From an uncultured Acidimicrobiales bacterium (GTDB lineage Bacteria > Actinomycetota > Acidimicrobiia > Acidimicrobiales > SZUA-35), in the NCBI GenBank assembly GCA_937922045.1, contig CAKZXA010000010.1, forward strand, positions 35,325 through 99,324: 64,000 nt of DNA. Direction: 5' to 3'. Positions 27,757 through 38,116 of this stretch are shown in pieces. Position numbers and translations under genes: made by a program. The notes under the pieces were generated by a model. It ran no database searches. It was not told the origin of the DNA and worked only from the letters and a program-made list of their open reading frames with translations. Each line of letters opens with the position of its first letter. Positions within the stretch are counted from its first letter, which is position 1.

Positions 27757-28797
27757 GTGAGTGCGCCGCGGGTGGCATTGGTGCTCGGCGGCGGCGGAAT
27801 CGCTGGCTATTCGTTCCACACGGCCTCCCTCGGAGCGATCCAGGAGGTAACGGGTTGGGACCCCCGCACCGCAGATCTTGTCATCGGAACCAGCGCCGGT
27901 TCATCGATTGGGGCCCTGATCGCAGGCCGTGTTTCCGTGGCCGACATGCTGGCCCGAATCCTCACCGTGCCCACCGACCCGGCAGGTATGGCGAAGTTGC
28001 GAAGCATCAGCGGCCGAGGCTTGTCCGCCCCCTTCCTGTTCGGCCTCACCGGACCCCGCATGGCTCTTCGAGAAGTAACCCGTTTCCCGAAAGTCGACCC
28101 TCTTCGTTTGGTCACCGGATTGTTGCCTCAGGGAGCGGTGCAAACCGAAATTCTCGGTGAGGACGCCGAGGTTCTGCACGGCGACACCTGGCCGGCCCAG
28201 CCTCTCTGGATCACCGCCGTGGACACGTCATCGGGTGCACGCGTTGTTTTCGGGCGAGACCGCTTCGACGTGCCCGTGCATCAGGCGGTGGAGGCGAGCT
28301 GTGCGGTGCCAGCCCTGTTCCAGCCGGTAGGGATCGACGGCGACACCTTCGTCGATGGGGGCGTGGAATCGGCGACAAACGCCGACCTTGTGCTCGAGTC
28401 TGACGGCGCCGGTGCTCCCGACTGTGATTTCGACCTCGTGGTGATTCTTTCGCCTTTGTCGGAACGGCGAAAGCTGCGCATGCCGAGCGCCAACTCGGTC
28501 CTGCGGGTGCTTCCCACCATCCAACTCCACCGAGAGGTCGGCACTATTAGAAAGACAGGAACCCCGGTGCTGATCATCGAACCGAACGGTGCCGTGGTTC
28601 GCGCCACCGGGCCAAACCCGATGGATCCCACCAAGCTGATCTCGGTGATGGTCGAATCGTCAACGTCAGCCTTCGACACCCTGGCCAAACCCGCACTTGA
28701 AGGTCACGTCGAACTTCTTACTCAATGCGCAGCGGCCACCGAGACCCCACCCGACGTTCCATTCCCTCAGCCGCAAACCACCCAGATTCGTCCCTAG
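27757..28797 (+). CDS. Patatin-like phospholipase
   Basis: LGGGG..G, GTSAG nucleophile elbow, ASCAVP, DGG. Confidence 0.9.
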   Translation: MSAPRVALVLGGGGIAGYSFHTASLGAIQEVTGWDPRTADLVIGTSAGSSIGALIAGRVSVADMLARILTVPTDPAGMAKLRSISGRGLSAPFLFGLTGPRMALREVTRFPKVDPLRLVTGLLPQGAVQTEILGEDAEVLHGDTWPAQPLWITAVDTSSGARVVFGRDRFDVPVHQAVEASCAVPALFQPVGIDGDTFVDGGVESATNADLVLESDGAGAPDCDFDLVVILSPLSERRKLRMPSANSVLRVLPTIQLHREVGTIRKTGTPVLIIEPNGAVVRATGPNPMDPTKLISVMVESSTSAFDTLAKPALEGHVELLTQCAAATETPPDVPFPQPQTTQIRP

Positions 28798-28834
28798 ACG
28801 AGCTGTTCACGAGACGACGATACGACAACCAACT

Positions 28835-30160
28835 ATGGAACGACTCACCCCAGAAGACACCACCTTCCTTCATTTGGAGAATGAAGTCAGCGCTATGCAT
28901 TCGGTGTCGGTCGCCATCTTTGATGGCCCCGAACCGGCGTTTGACGATGTGCGGGTGCTCTTGGGCGAGCGGGTCGGCTTTGTGCCGCGCTTTCGCCAGC
29001 GTGTGGTGGAAGTGCCTTTCGGTCTCGAACGGCCGGTCTGGCTCAACAGCCCGCAGTTTCGCCTCGACTATCACCTGCGCCACTCGGCCCTCCCCGACCC
29101 CAGCGGGGAGGCTCTGACCAACCTTGTTTCGCGTGTTCTTTCTCAACGCCTCGACCGGGGCAAGCCACTATGGGAGCTCTGGATTGTTTCGGGCCTGGCC
29201 GATGGACGGTGGGCCATTCTGGCCAAGGCCCACCACGCCATCATCGACGGTGTCTCAGGAATCGATCCCCTGGCCGTTGTGTTCGACGAGTTCGTCGTCG
29301 ACGGTCTCGTACCGCCCCCGTGGGAGCCCGATGATCTGCCCACCGACTCTGCCTTGGTAAACAAGGCGATGGTCGACCTTCTGACGAAGCCTTCGGAACA
29401 GCTTCGCCTCGTTCGACGCTTCAGCCGGTTGCCCAACGACATCGTGCGCTCGGCCCAACGGTTCGGGCCCGGCGCCGGCACCGCCACATCGGGGGGAGCC
29501 GAAAGCCCCCATCGCGTCTGGTCGACGGTGCCCATTCCCTTTGACGTGGTTCGGGAGCAGCGGATCGATTCCGACGTCTCCACCAACGACGTCTTGCTGA
29601 CCTATGTCGCCATGGGGCTACGCGCACTCGCCGACCAGGGTCGTCCGTGGAACGGTCGGGAAGCGACGGCGCTGGTGCCCTACGCCGTCGGGCCCGGTGG
29701 TGTGTTCACCAACGAGGTGGCGTCTCGCCTTGCTCGCCTACCGCTAGGTCCGGCCGACTTCACCCAAACCCTACGCCTCGTCGCCGACCAGGGTGGATCT
29801 GAAGTAAGGGGTCGAGATCAGCGACGGCGGGTTCCGGCTGCAGCTATGACGGCCCGACGAGGCCTCTCAGCCTCCACCATCGCCGCGCTCGGGGTGCGGC
29901 GGGTGACCCGCGACGCCCGCGGCAAGGCCGACACTGTAGCGGTGAACGCTCCCGGTCCGCGGGAGGCTCTGTCGGTCATGGGGCGCCCGATGGTATCGCT
30001 GGCGTCGGCGATCCCGTTGGCTGGCGGTGTGCCGGTGTCGTTCAGCATCGTTTCCTATGTCGACCATTTCACCATCGGTGTGACCACCGATCTCGACTCA
30101 GGGCTCGACCCTGTCGCCGTAACCGACGCCATCGCTGTCGCTGCGCTTCACGAAAGCTAG
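28835..30160 (+). CDS. WS/DGAT family O-acyltransferase
   Basis: MERLTPED..FL.LE, RLDRGKPLWE, HHAIIDG. Confidence 0.88.
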   Translation: MERLTPEDTTFLHLENEVSAMHSVSVAIFDGPEPAFDDVRVLLGERVGFVPRFRQRVVEVPFGLERPVWLNSPQFRLDYHLRHSALPDPSGEALTNLVSRVLSQRLDRGKPLWELWIVSGLADGRWAILAKAHHAIIDGVSGIDPLAVVFDEFVVDGLVPPPWEPDDLPTDSALVNKAMVDLLTKPSEQLRLVRRFSRLPNDIVRSAQRFGPGAGTATSGGAESPHRVWSTVPIPFDVVREQRIDSDVSTNDVLLTYVAMGLRALADQGRPWNGREATALVPYAVGPGGVFTNEVASRLARLPLGPADFTQTLRLVADQGGSEVRGRDQRRRVPAAAMTARRGLSASTIAALGVRRVTRDARGKADTVAVNAPGPREALSVMGRPMVSLASAIPLAGGVPVSFSIVSYVDHFTIGVTTDLDSGLDPVAVTDAIAVAALHES

Positions 30161-30303
30161 AGGGCATCGTAGACCGCCCGTTCGAAGCTAGCGAAGGCGT
30201 CGAGGCTCAGGTTGTGGCTGGATCGGCGAAACAGGCGTAGGTCCGGTTACAGACGCAGGTCCAACGAGTCGGCGTTTGGAGAGCTACAGCTAGCCTCAAA
30301 CCA

Positions 30304-31575
30304 ATGAGTGTTCTTCCCTGGCATCTGCTGCCCGAGACCTCTTCGGTCGATGCTGACGGACGGCTCAGTGTCGGTGGCTGCGACGTCATCGACCTGGCCC
30401 ACGAATTTGGAACGCCGCTCTTCGTCTACGACGAGCAACATCTACGCTCACGATGCCGTGAGGCAGTCGATGCCTTTGGCGCCCACGCAACCTATGCCTC
30501 TAAATCCTTCCTCTGCCGGGCCATGGCTCGGCTGGTTCATGAGGAAGGTATGGGTATCGATGTCGCCACCGGCGGCGAATTGCACGTGGCCCTCGCCGCC
30601 GGGGTGCCAGCCGACCGCCTTGTGATGCACGGCAACAACAAGTCGTTTGAAGAGTTGGCGCAGGCTCGGAAGGTCGGGGTCAACCGCATCGTCGTCGACA
30701 GCTTCCAGGAGCTCGATCGGCTCGAGTCGCTCTATCAGGCCGATGGCTTCGCGCCCAAGATTCTTCTTCGGGTCACCCCAGGGGTGAAGGCCGAAACCCA
30801 TGAGTACATCGCCACTGGACAAGACGATTCCAAGTTTGGTTTTACGGTGTCGACCGGGCTCGCCCGAGAGGCGGTGGAAAAGGCGCTCGCATCCCCAGCG
30901 GTCGAGCTGATGGGGATCCACGCCCACATTGGTTCCCAAGTATTTCGCGTCGACTCCTTTGGTGCTGCGGTTGAAGTCTTGGGCTCGTTTGCCAAGCCCT
31001 TCGACTTGCCCGAATTGGTCGTGGGTGGCGGACTCGGTGTTGCCTACGTCGAGGGAGAGGAAGCACCCAGCATTTCTCAATGGTCGGGCATTCTGAAAAA
31101 GGCGGTCGCTGATGGAGGCATTTCGTCTGCCATCGGGATCGAACCAGGCCGTTCGATCACGGCCGCTGCTGCCCTGACCCTCTATACGGTCGGCACGGTC
31201 AAGGAACTCGAAGGGATTCGCACCTACGTTGCGGTCGACGGGGGCATGAGCGACAATCCCCGTCCGGTGCTTTACGGATCCGGTTATGAGGCGTTCCTAC
31301 CGCGAGCGACCACCGCTGATCGGTCCCGTCCGGTGCGTATCGTCGGCAAGCACTGCGAATCGGGCGACCTGCTGGTTCGCGAGGGTAAGGTCCCGACCGA
31401 CCTTGCGGTTGGCGACATCCTGGCCACACCGGTCACGGGTGCCTACGGTCATTCGATGGGTTCCAACTACAACAAGGTCTTGCGCCCTCCCGTGGTGTTT
31501 TGTAATGACGGCGACGCCCGATTGGTCGTGCGCCGCGAGACCTACGAAGACTTATTGGTAACAGACCTCGGCTGA
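30304..31575 (+). CDS. lysA: Diaminopimelate decarboxylase
   Basis: YASKSF PLP lysine, HAHIGSQ, EPGRS, GKHCESGD, GAY. Confidence 0.96.
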   Translation: MSVLPWHLLPETSSVDADGRLSVGGCDVIDLAHEFGTPLFVYDEQHLRSRCREAVDAFGAHATYASKSFLCRAMARLVHEEGMGIDVATGGELHVALAAGVPADRLVMHGNNKSFEELAQARKVGVNRIVVDSFQELDRLESLYQADGFAPKILLRVTPGVKAETHEYIATGQDDSKFGFTVSTGLAREAVEKALASPAVELMGIHAHIGSQVFRVDSFGAAVEVLGSFAKPFDLPELVVGGGLGVAYVEGEEAPSISQWSGILKKAVADGGISSAIGIEPGRSITAAAALTLYTVGTVKELEGIRTYVAVDGGMSDNPRPVLYGSGYEAFLPRATTADRSRPVRIVGKHCESGDLLVREGKVPTDLAVGDILATPVTGAYGHSMGSNYNKVLRPPVVFCNDGDARLVVRRETYEDLLVTDLG

Positions 31576-31593
31576 AGCTAATAGGCTTGCCCG

Positions 31594-32955
31594 GTGAGTT
31601 CTGAGAATCCAGCGTTGGCGAGCGAGACGGGGACCGGCAGCGGGCCCAAGGCGGTGACGGTTCGGGTCGGCATTCTGGGCTGCGGCAATGTGGGCGCGCC
31701 CCTGGTCGAACTGATCGGGCAGCGCAACGATGCGATCGAAGCCGCAACCGGCATCCGTTTCGAGGTGGCCGCAGTAGCGGTTCGCAATACATCGAAGCCA
31801 CGGGAACCGGCTATCGACGAGAGCCTTCTTACCACCGTCGCTAACTCGGTCGTCACCGACCCAAGCATCGATGTCGTGGTTGAGGTGATCGGTGGTATCG
31901 AACCGGCCCGTTCCCTGATCGCCGAGGCCCTAAAGGGCGGCAAACCTGTGGTCACGGCAAACAAGGAGTTGTTGGCCAACGTCGGTGTTGAACTTTATGA
32001 AATCGCTGACGCCAACGGTGTCGATCTGCTTTTCGAGGCGGCCGCCGCTGGTGCGATCCCGATCGTTCGCCCCCTGCGCGAGTCACTACTCGGCGAAGAC
32101 ATCCAGCGCTTGATGGGCATCGTCAATGGCACCACGAACTACATTCTGACCCGCATGACCGAGGACGGCGCTTCCTATGCCGAAGCCCTGGCCGAAGCCC
32201 AACAGCGCGGCTATGCAGAACGAGACCCGACGGCTGACGTCGAAGGCTATGACGCCGGGGCGAAGGCTGCCATCATGGCGTCGATCGCTTTCGGTACCAC
32301 GGTTGTGGCCGGCGATGTTTACCACGAGGGCATCGCCAACATCACGCAGGAAGACATCGCCTTCGCCAAGCACTTTGGTTACACGATCAAGCTCTTGGCC
32401 ATCGCTGAGCGATTCGCCGATGATGAAGGCTTCGAGGTCGGGGTCACCGTGTATCCGGCCATGGTGGACGAAACCCACCCTCTGGCTTCGGTGCGGGGCT
32501 CCTTCAATGCGGTCTTCGTCGAGGGTGCGGCGGCGGGTGATCTCATGTTCTATGGACGAGGAGCGGGTGGCTACCCGACGGCCTCAGCGGTGCTGGGTGA
32601 CCTCATCGATGCTTCAGCCAACAAAACTCGCGGTAGTTTCCGACCCGTGCCCGCTGGCCCCCGAGCGAGGATCCGTCCAGTCGATGCCTTGGGTTCGGCC
32701 TTCTATTTCAATGTCGAGGTCGACGACACGCCCGGTGTGCTAGCGGCTGTCTCCGGTGCGTTTGGCCGCCATGGGGTATCCATCCGTTCTATGGAACAAC
32801 AAGTTGTTTCCGAAGGCGACGAGTTGGGCCGGGCGCGCATTGCTTTCATCACCCACGAAGCGGTTGAGAGGGATGTGCAGGCCACCCTGGCTGAACTCCA
32901 GGATCTCGATGCGGTGTTTCGGATTCACAGCGTGCTCCGGGTGATCGAATCATGA
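31594..32955 (+). CDS. hom: Homoserine dehydrogenase (with ACT domain)
   Basis: GCGNVG, VTANK, GIVNGTTNYIL, DVEGYDA..K, GRGAGG.PTASAV. Confidence 0.96.
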   Translation: MSSENPALASETGTGSGPKAVTVRVGILGCGNVGAPLVELIGQRNDAIEAATGIRFEVAAVAVRNTSKPREPAIDESLLTTVANSVVTDPSIDVVVEVIGGIEPARSLIAEALKGGKPVVTANKELLANVGVELYEIADANGVDLLFEAAAAGAIPIVRPLRESLLGEDIQRLMGIVNGTTNYILTRMTEDGASYAEALAEAQQRGYAERDPTADVEGYDAGAKAAIMASIAFGTTVVAGDVYHEGIANITQEDIAFAKHFGYTIKLLAIAERFADDEGFEVGVTVYPAMVDETHPLASVRGSFNAVFVEGAAAGDLMFYGRGAGGYPTASAVLGDLIDASANKTRGSFRPVPAGPRARIRPVDALGSAFYFNVEVDDTPGVLAAVSGAFGRHGVSIRSMEQQVVSEGDELGRARIAFITHEAVERDVQATLAELQDLDAVFRIHSVLRVIES

Positions 32956-32983
32956 GGTTTGTGTCATGAGGTTTGTGTCATGA
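32952..32983 (+). repeat. 14-nt ATGA tandem units encoding MRFVS* x2 at the hom/thrC junction
   Basis: ATGAGGTTTGTGTC x2 then ATGA; ATG at 32952, 32966, 32980. Confidence 0.9.
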
Positions 32984-34386
32984 GCGATGCCTCAGAGCGG
33001 CCGTTGACCTACACCTCGACCCGAGGATCCGCCCCTGAGCTTGGGTTCGGCGATGTGCTTCTGGCCGGGCTTGCGGTCGATGGCGGACTCTACTGTCCAA
33101 CGACAGTCCCTGAGCTTCCAACCGTCACCGCCGAGATGTCGTACCAGGAAGCGGCTGCAGCCATCATGGCTCCCTACGTCGCTGGCACGTTCGACGTCGG
33201 CACGGTCCGGACCATGGCCGACGACGCCTACCGCTCGTTTCGCTCGCCGTCGGTCTGCCCCGTGCACGAGTTGGCCTCAGGCCGCCACCTGCTCGACCTA
33301 ACGCAAGGCCCGACCTTGGCGTTCAAAGACGTGGCCCTTCAGATGGTTGGACGCATGCTGGATGCCCAACTTGAACGTAGGGGTGAACGGGTCACCGTTA
33401 TCGGCGCCACGTCGGGCGACACCGGTTCGGCTGCGATCGAGGCCTTGGCTAACAACAGAAATGTTGATGTCGTCATCCTCCACCCGCTCGACCGTGTTTC
33501 GGAGGTGCAGCGCCGGCAGATGACCACCGTGGTCGCTTCCAACATTAGCAATGTGGCCATCGAGGGGACCTTCGACGATTGTCAGGACCTGGTGAAGGCA
33601 GCCTTCGCCGACGAGGTGTTGCGGCAGGAGATGAATCTCGCCGCGGTGAACTCGATCAACTGGGCCAGAGTCATGGCCCAGATCGTCTACTACGTCACGT
33701 CGGCTCGAGCCGTCCGTCCCGACGGTGGCCCCGTTTCGTTCGCTGTGCCGACGGGAAACTTCGGCAACATCTTGGCCGGCTGGTATGCCAAGCGAATGGG
33801 ACTCAGCGTCGACCGGCTGATCATCGCCTCCAACCGAAACGATGTCCTTACTCGATTCTTCGAAACCGGCAGGCTGATCATCGAGTCGGTAGAGCCGTCG
33901 CTGAGCCCGAGCATGGACATTCAGATTTCGTCCAATTTCGAGCGGCTCCTCTGGGAAGCCAGCGGACGCGATGGTGACGCCATCGTCGACCTGCTGGCGG
34001 CCCTACGCAGCGAGGGACGCGTCGACGTGCCTGAGGCTTGGTGTGATGCCATCCGCGCCGAATTCGATGGCTACCGCCTCGACGATGAGGGCATCCTGGC
34101 TGAGATCGCCTCGGTCTCATCGGATTCGGAGCTGCTGATCGACCCCCACACCGCGGTTGGAACCTATGCTGCTCGAAGAGCCCAGGCCGACGGTGTGAAG
34201 AGCCCGATCATCGTTCTGTCGACGGCAGACCCGGCAAAGTTCCCCGACGCGGTTGAGCGAGCGGTCGGTGCCCGCCCTGAGCTCCCCGCCCACCTGAGCG
34301 AGTTGTTAACCCGTTCCGAGCGATTCGAGACGATGACGAACGATCTGGATGCGATCGCCGCCAAGCTTCGGTCGCTGCGAAGCTGA
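32980..34386 (+). CDS. thrC: Threonine synthase
   Basis: YTSTRG, GPTLAFKD, ATSGDTG, NSINWAR, VPTGNFGN. Confidence 0.96.
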   Translation: MSDASERPLTYTSTRGSAPELGFGDVLLAGLAVDGGLYCPTTVPELPTVTAEMSYQEAAAAIMAPYVAGTFDVGTVRTMADDAYRSFRSPSVCPVHELASGRHLLDLTQGPTLAFKDVALQMVGRMLDAQLERRGERVTVIGATSGDTGSAAIEALANNRNVDVVILHPLDRVSEVQRRQMTTVVASNISNVAIEGTFDDCQDLVKAAFADEVLRQEMNLAAVNSINWARVMAQIVYYVTSARAVRPDGGPVSFAVPTGNFGNILAGWYAKRMGLSVDRLIIASNRNDVLTRFFETGRLIIESVEPSLSPSMDIQISSNFERLLWEASGRDGDAIVDLLAALRSEGRVDVPEAWCDAIRAEFDGYRLDDEGILAEIASVSSDSELLIDPHTAVGTYAARRAQADGVKSPIIVLSTADPAKFPDAVERAVGARPELPAHLSELLTRSERFETMTNDLDAIAAKLRSLRS

Positions 34387-34659
34387 GTTCTGGCGGGTCG
34401 TCGTGTGGGAGCCGACGGTGGATGGATGCCGCTGAACCGAGAAGTTTGCTGGTAGTCTCGGTACGGAGGCTGTGGACAGGCGAACAAGGAGCTCATCGGA
34501 GTTCGATGTCGCTTTGTCTAGTAGGCCGTCTGGCACACGTTCGGGGATGTCGTGCGACGCCCCTCCATCGGTCCTGGTCTGAGTAGATCATGTTCTGGTG
34601 TGCCGCCACCTCGTAGTCCTCCCCGCCTGTTTACTGTCAATTTTTGTGAGGAAAAGCTC

Positions 34660-36543
34660 GTGAGTGATCAACTCGTTGTTGAGCGTGAAGGTCTTGAAAA
34701 AAAGGATAAGACTGAGCTTCAAACCATCGTTTCTGCCCTTGGAGGCTCGGCTCCGGCCCGAATGAAGAAGGCGGAGCTGATCGATCAGATCCTCGAGCTT
34801 TCCGGTGCTAGCGCCAGAGTCGAAGGCGGTTCTGACGACGCCCCAGCCGAACCGGAGATAGACAACGGAGCCGGTGAATCCGGCGAGATCGAATCCGGCG
34901 ACATCGAATCGGGCGAGATCGAAAGTGGTGCTCCTAGCGTCGCTGAAGCCGGAGGTCGTGGCGCCAAGGTGATCGAAGAGGCCATCGCTGATGACCATCC
35001 GATTGGACCCGACGGTGAACCACTGGCCGACTGGGAGATCAAGGTGCTGGCCGAGGGTGGCGAATTGCCGACCCACGGCAAGGACGGCCGTCGTAAGCAG
35101 CGTCAGCGCAATCGCGGCCAGAACAAGTCGGATAACGGCGGCAAGCAGTCCGGCGATCAGAGGTCGCAGCGAAACAGCCAACGAGGCGATGGCGGAGGAA
35201 AGAACGCCAACAACGCTGGCAATAACAGCGGTGGGAACAACAACGCCGGCAATAACAACGGTGGAAACAACAACGCTGGAAACAACAAGGCGACGAACGA
35301 CGCTAAGAACGATGATGATGACGACGATGGCAACAGCCGCCGGTCGCGCCGTCGTCGGGGGCGGGGTCGTGATAGAGACGACGCTGGCGACGATGCCATC
35401 ACCAATGAGCAGACCCGGGTCGAGGGTTATCTCGACCTCCGGGACGAGGGCTATGCCTTCCTCAGGGTGAACGGCTTTCTGCCCAGTCGCGATGATGCCT
35501 ACGTTTCGGTAAAACAGGTTCGTCAGTTCAAGCTGCGCAAGGGCGATCACCTCATCGGCTTTTCGAGGCCTGCCAACCGCAACGAGAAGAACCCGGCCCT
35601 GCACGAGGTTGAATCGATCAACGGTCTCACTCCGTCGGAGATGAAGACCCGTGTCGACTTCGAAGACCTGACGGCACTGTTCCCCACCGAACGTCTGGTG
35701 CTCGAAACCAAAGACGAGCCGCTCGATATGACGGCGCGCATCATCGATCTGCTGGCACCGATCGGCAAGGGCCAACGCGGCCTGATCGTGTCGCCCCCTA
35801 AGGCGGGCAAGACGTCGATCATGAAAGCCATCGCACGAGCGATCGAAGCGAACAACCCTGAGGTCGAACTGCTGGTGCTGCTCGTCGACGAGCGACCCGA
35901 AGAGGTGACCGAAATGAAGCGTCACCTGTCGGCTGGCGAGGTTGTGTCGTCGACCTTCGATCGACCCCCCGAAGAGCACACCGCCGTTGCTGAAATCACG
36001 CTCGAACGAGCCAAGCGCATGACCGAGAACGGCAAGGACGTTGTCCTCATCGTTGACGGTATGACTCGGTTGGCACGGGCCTACAACATGGCGGCCCCCC
36101 AGTCTGGCCGTTCCCTCTCTGGCGGTATCGACGCTGCCGCCCTCTATCCGCCAAAGCGTTTTCTCGGCGCAGCTCGCAACGTTGAAGAAGGTGGCTCGTT
36201 GACAATTCTCGCCACCGCTCTGGTCGAGACCGGCTCAAAGATGGACGAGGCTATCTTTGAGGAGTTCACCGGCACGAGCAATATGGAATTGCGGCTCGAT
36301 CGAAGCCTGGCGGAGAAGCGCATCTTCCCCGCAATCGACGTTGACGGCTCCTCAACTCGCAGTGAAGAGTTGCTGCGCGACGATCGGGAGGTCGAAGCCT
36401 CTTGGAAGCTACGCCGAATGATCTCGGAGATGCGTAGCTCCGACGACGGTGGTGGCGCCGCAAGCGGTATTCAGATGCTGGTCGAACGGCTTGGCCAGTC
36501 CAAGACCAACGACGACTTCCTCGACGACATCCGGAAGTACTAA
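34660..36543 (+). CDS. rho: Transcription termination factor Rho with long N-terminal insertion
   Basis: [49 protein letters not shown]. Confidence 0.96.
   Translation: MSDQLVVEREGLEKKDKTELQTIVSALGGSAPARMKKAELIDQILELSGASARVEGGSDDAPAEPEIDNGAGESGEIESGDIESGEIESGAPSVAEAGGRGAKVIEEAIADDHPIGPDGEPLADWEIKVLAEGGELPTHGKDGRRKQRQRNRGQNKSDNGGKQSGDQRSQRNSQRGDGGGKNANNAGNNSGGNNNAGNNNGGNNNAGNNKATNDAKNDDDDDDGNSRRSRRRRGRGRDRDDAGDDAITNEQTRVEGYLDLRDEGYAFLRVNGFLPSRDDAYVSVKQVRQFKLRKGDHLIGFSRPANRNEKNPALHEVESINGLTPSEMKTRVDFEDLTALFPTERLVLETKDEPLDMTARIIDLLAPIGKGQRGLIVSPPKAGKTSIMKAIARAIEANNPEVELLVLLVDERPEEVTEMKRHLSAGEVVSSTFDRPPEEHTAVAEITLERAKRMTENGKDVVLIVDGMTRLARAYNMAAPQSGRSLSGGIDAAALYPPKRFLGAARNVEEGGSLTILATALVETGSKMDEAIFEEFTGTSNMELRLDRSLAEKRIFPAIDVDGSSTRSEELLRDDREVEASWKLRRMISEMRSSDDGGGAASGIQMLVERLGQSKTNDDFLDDIRKY
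35209..35289 (+). repeat. Asn/Gly low-complexity coding repeat in the Rho insertion
   Basis: [27 protein letters not shown], 30-nt period; ESG(E/D)I x3 repeat also at 34876-34920. Confidence 0.85.
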
Positions 36544-36692
36544 GCGGCCTGCAGCATCGACGTTGGAAGAATCAGCTACCGAATCTGGTCCCGCAAGGTG
36601 GTTTCGTTCACTCGGGACGGCAAACTAGTTAGTCGAATCCGCCGGGCTGCCGATACGCAGCGACCCTGGCAAGAGAAGTGAGTCTGAATCAA

Positions 36693-36977
36693 ATGAAGCC
36701 CGATATTCACCCCAACTATCGTCCTGTTGTGTTCATGGACCAGTCAGCCGACTTTTCGTTCCTGACCCGTTCCACCATTGAAACCAGCGAGACCATCGAG
36801 TGGGAAGACGGCAACACCTACCCTCTGCACAAGGTCGACATCAGTTCGGCCAGCCACCCTTTCTTCACCGGACAGATGAAGATCGTGGATACGGCCGGTC
36901 GTGTCGAGCGGTTCGAACGTCGCTACGGTCGTCGTCCCAAGGACGAAGCAGCAGACGCCGAATCGGCCGACAGCTAG
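36693..36977 (+). CDS. rpmE2: 50S ribosomal protein L31 type B (Zn-free)
   Basis: [35 protein letters not shown]; no Cys. Confidence 0.95.
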   Translation: MKPDIHPNYRPVVFMDQSADFSFLTRSTIETSETIEWEDGNTYPLHKVDISSASHPFFTGQMKIVDTAGRVERFERRYGRRPKDEAADAESADS

Positions 36978-37021
36978 TCCCGAGGCTCCTTCTGAATTCG
37001 TCCGCCTCATCTGGTGCTCAG

Positions 37022-38116
37022 ATGGCCGATGCCAGCCTGGTCGCTGGCAAGCTGCGAGGGCTCATTCGCATCTTCAGCGGCGTTTCCGCCGATGCGATCA
37101 AGGCGAGCTACGCCACCAACAAGAACGACGTTGAACCCGGCTGTCTTCACGATGGCCGGGCCTACTTTTTGGGCCGCTCGGTTCGCGATCTGGGACCAGC
37201 GGTCATGTGGGCTCGAACCCGGTCGACCGATGCGCTCACGATCTTCGCCGAGGCCGACCTGGCCGCTGACCTCGCTCGCCGAGCGGCCCAACTGAACGGC
37301 ACGGCCGAGGTCGAGGTGGTTGAGATCACCCCAGGCTCAGGCAACACACCAGGCTCAGGCAACACACCGGCCGAGCCAACGCTTCGTCCTGCCTTGCCCC
37401 GCCCGCTCGCACTCCCAGCGGTCCTTCCCGATTCGCACCTCGCCTTCATCGACGTTCTGACCGAAGCCGGGATCCGTCCGGTGGTGGAGTTCGACCGGCT
37501 GCTCGGTGAGATCGCTGGCCTCGAAGTGGCTCGTGTCGTCGACGATGTAACCGCTGCAGTACCCGGCCTGGGCCAGGGTGTGCGGTTGGAGATTGGTGTC
37601 GGACTCGCCGACCGCGAACTGCAACACTATGTGCACGGTGCTACAGATCTGATGACGAACCTCCGTCGGGTGGCGGCGGCGGTTACCGAACACCGCCACG
37701 TCGGCGCGGGTTTTCACCCCCTTGGCCGGATCGGTCGCCAGCGGTGGCTGCGTTCGATTTTGCTGGAGCAACCGGATCTTGTGGGCGCCGTCGATCTCGA
37801 ACCCGTCGCCGCCTTACGGCCGAGCGCAACCGTGCTCGACGATTCGCCCGCGGCGGCCGTTTGCGTCGATCGCAACGTGGTGGCTGTTTGCCAGGTGGGC
37901 GTCGACCTCGACTTCGTGCCTGAGGCTCTGGAGTATCGCCATCGCCATGATCCAGCCGCCCGGCTGATGCTGGTGTTGCCTGAGCGAGACCGGCGGTTCA
38001 CCACCGCCCATCTGTCAGCGATGGTGGGCGAGCGCTTGGGGGAGGGTGTCGACATCGTGTGCCCTGATCTCCCGTGGTCTGGTGGCGTGGACGCTAGCCT
38101 GCATAGGGATGCTTGA
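37022..38116 (+). CDS. Hypothetical protein between rpmE and prfA
   Basis: Long ORF filling the gap with normal codon style; overlaps the prfA start; internal 18-nt tandem repeat at 37331-37366. Confidence 0.7.
   Translation: MADASLVAGKLRGLIRIFSGVSADAIKASYATNKNDVEPGCLHDGRAYFLGRSVRDLGPAVMWARTRSTDALTIFAEADLAADLARRAAQLNGTAEVEVVEITPGSGNTPGSGNTPAEPTLRPALPRPLALPAVLPDSHLAFIDVLTEAGIRPVVEFDRLLGEIAGLEVARVVDDVTAAVPGLGQGVRLEIGVGLADRELQHYVHGATDLMTNLRRVAAAVTEHRHVGAGFHPLGRIGRQRWLRSILLEQPDLVGAVDLEPVAALRPSATVLDDSPAAAVCVDRNVVAVCQVGVDLDFVPEALEYRHRHDPAARLMLVLPERDRRFTTAHLSAMVGERLGEGVDIVCPDLPWSGGVDASLHRDA

Noticed and set aside
34387-34659. Missing thrB between thrC and rho as a pseudogene remnant
   Set aside because: No homoserine kinase-like residues seen; the region looks like the rho promoter/leader, and thrB may lie elsewhere.
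37331-37366. 18-nt tandem repeat (PGSGNT x2) in the hypothetical gene
   Set aside because: Simple in-frame linker duplication with no evident function.
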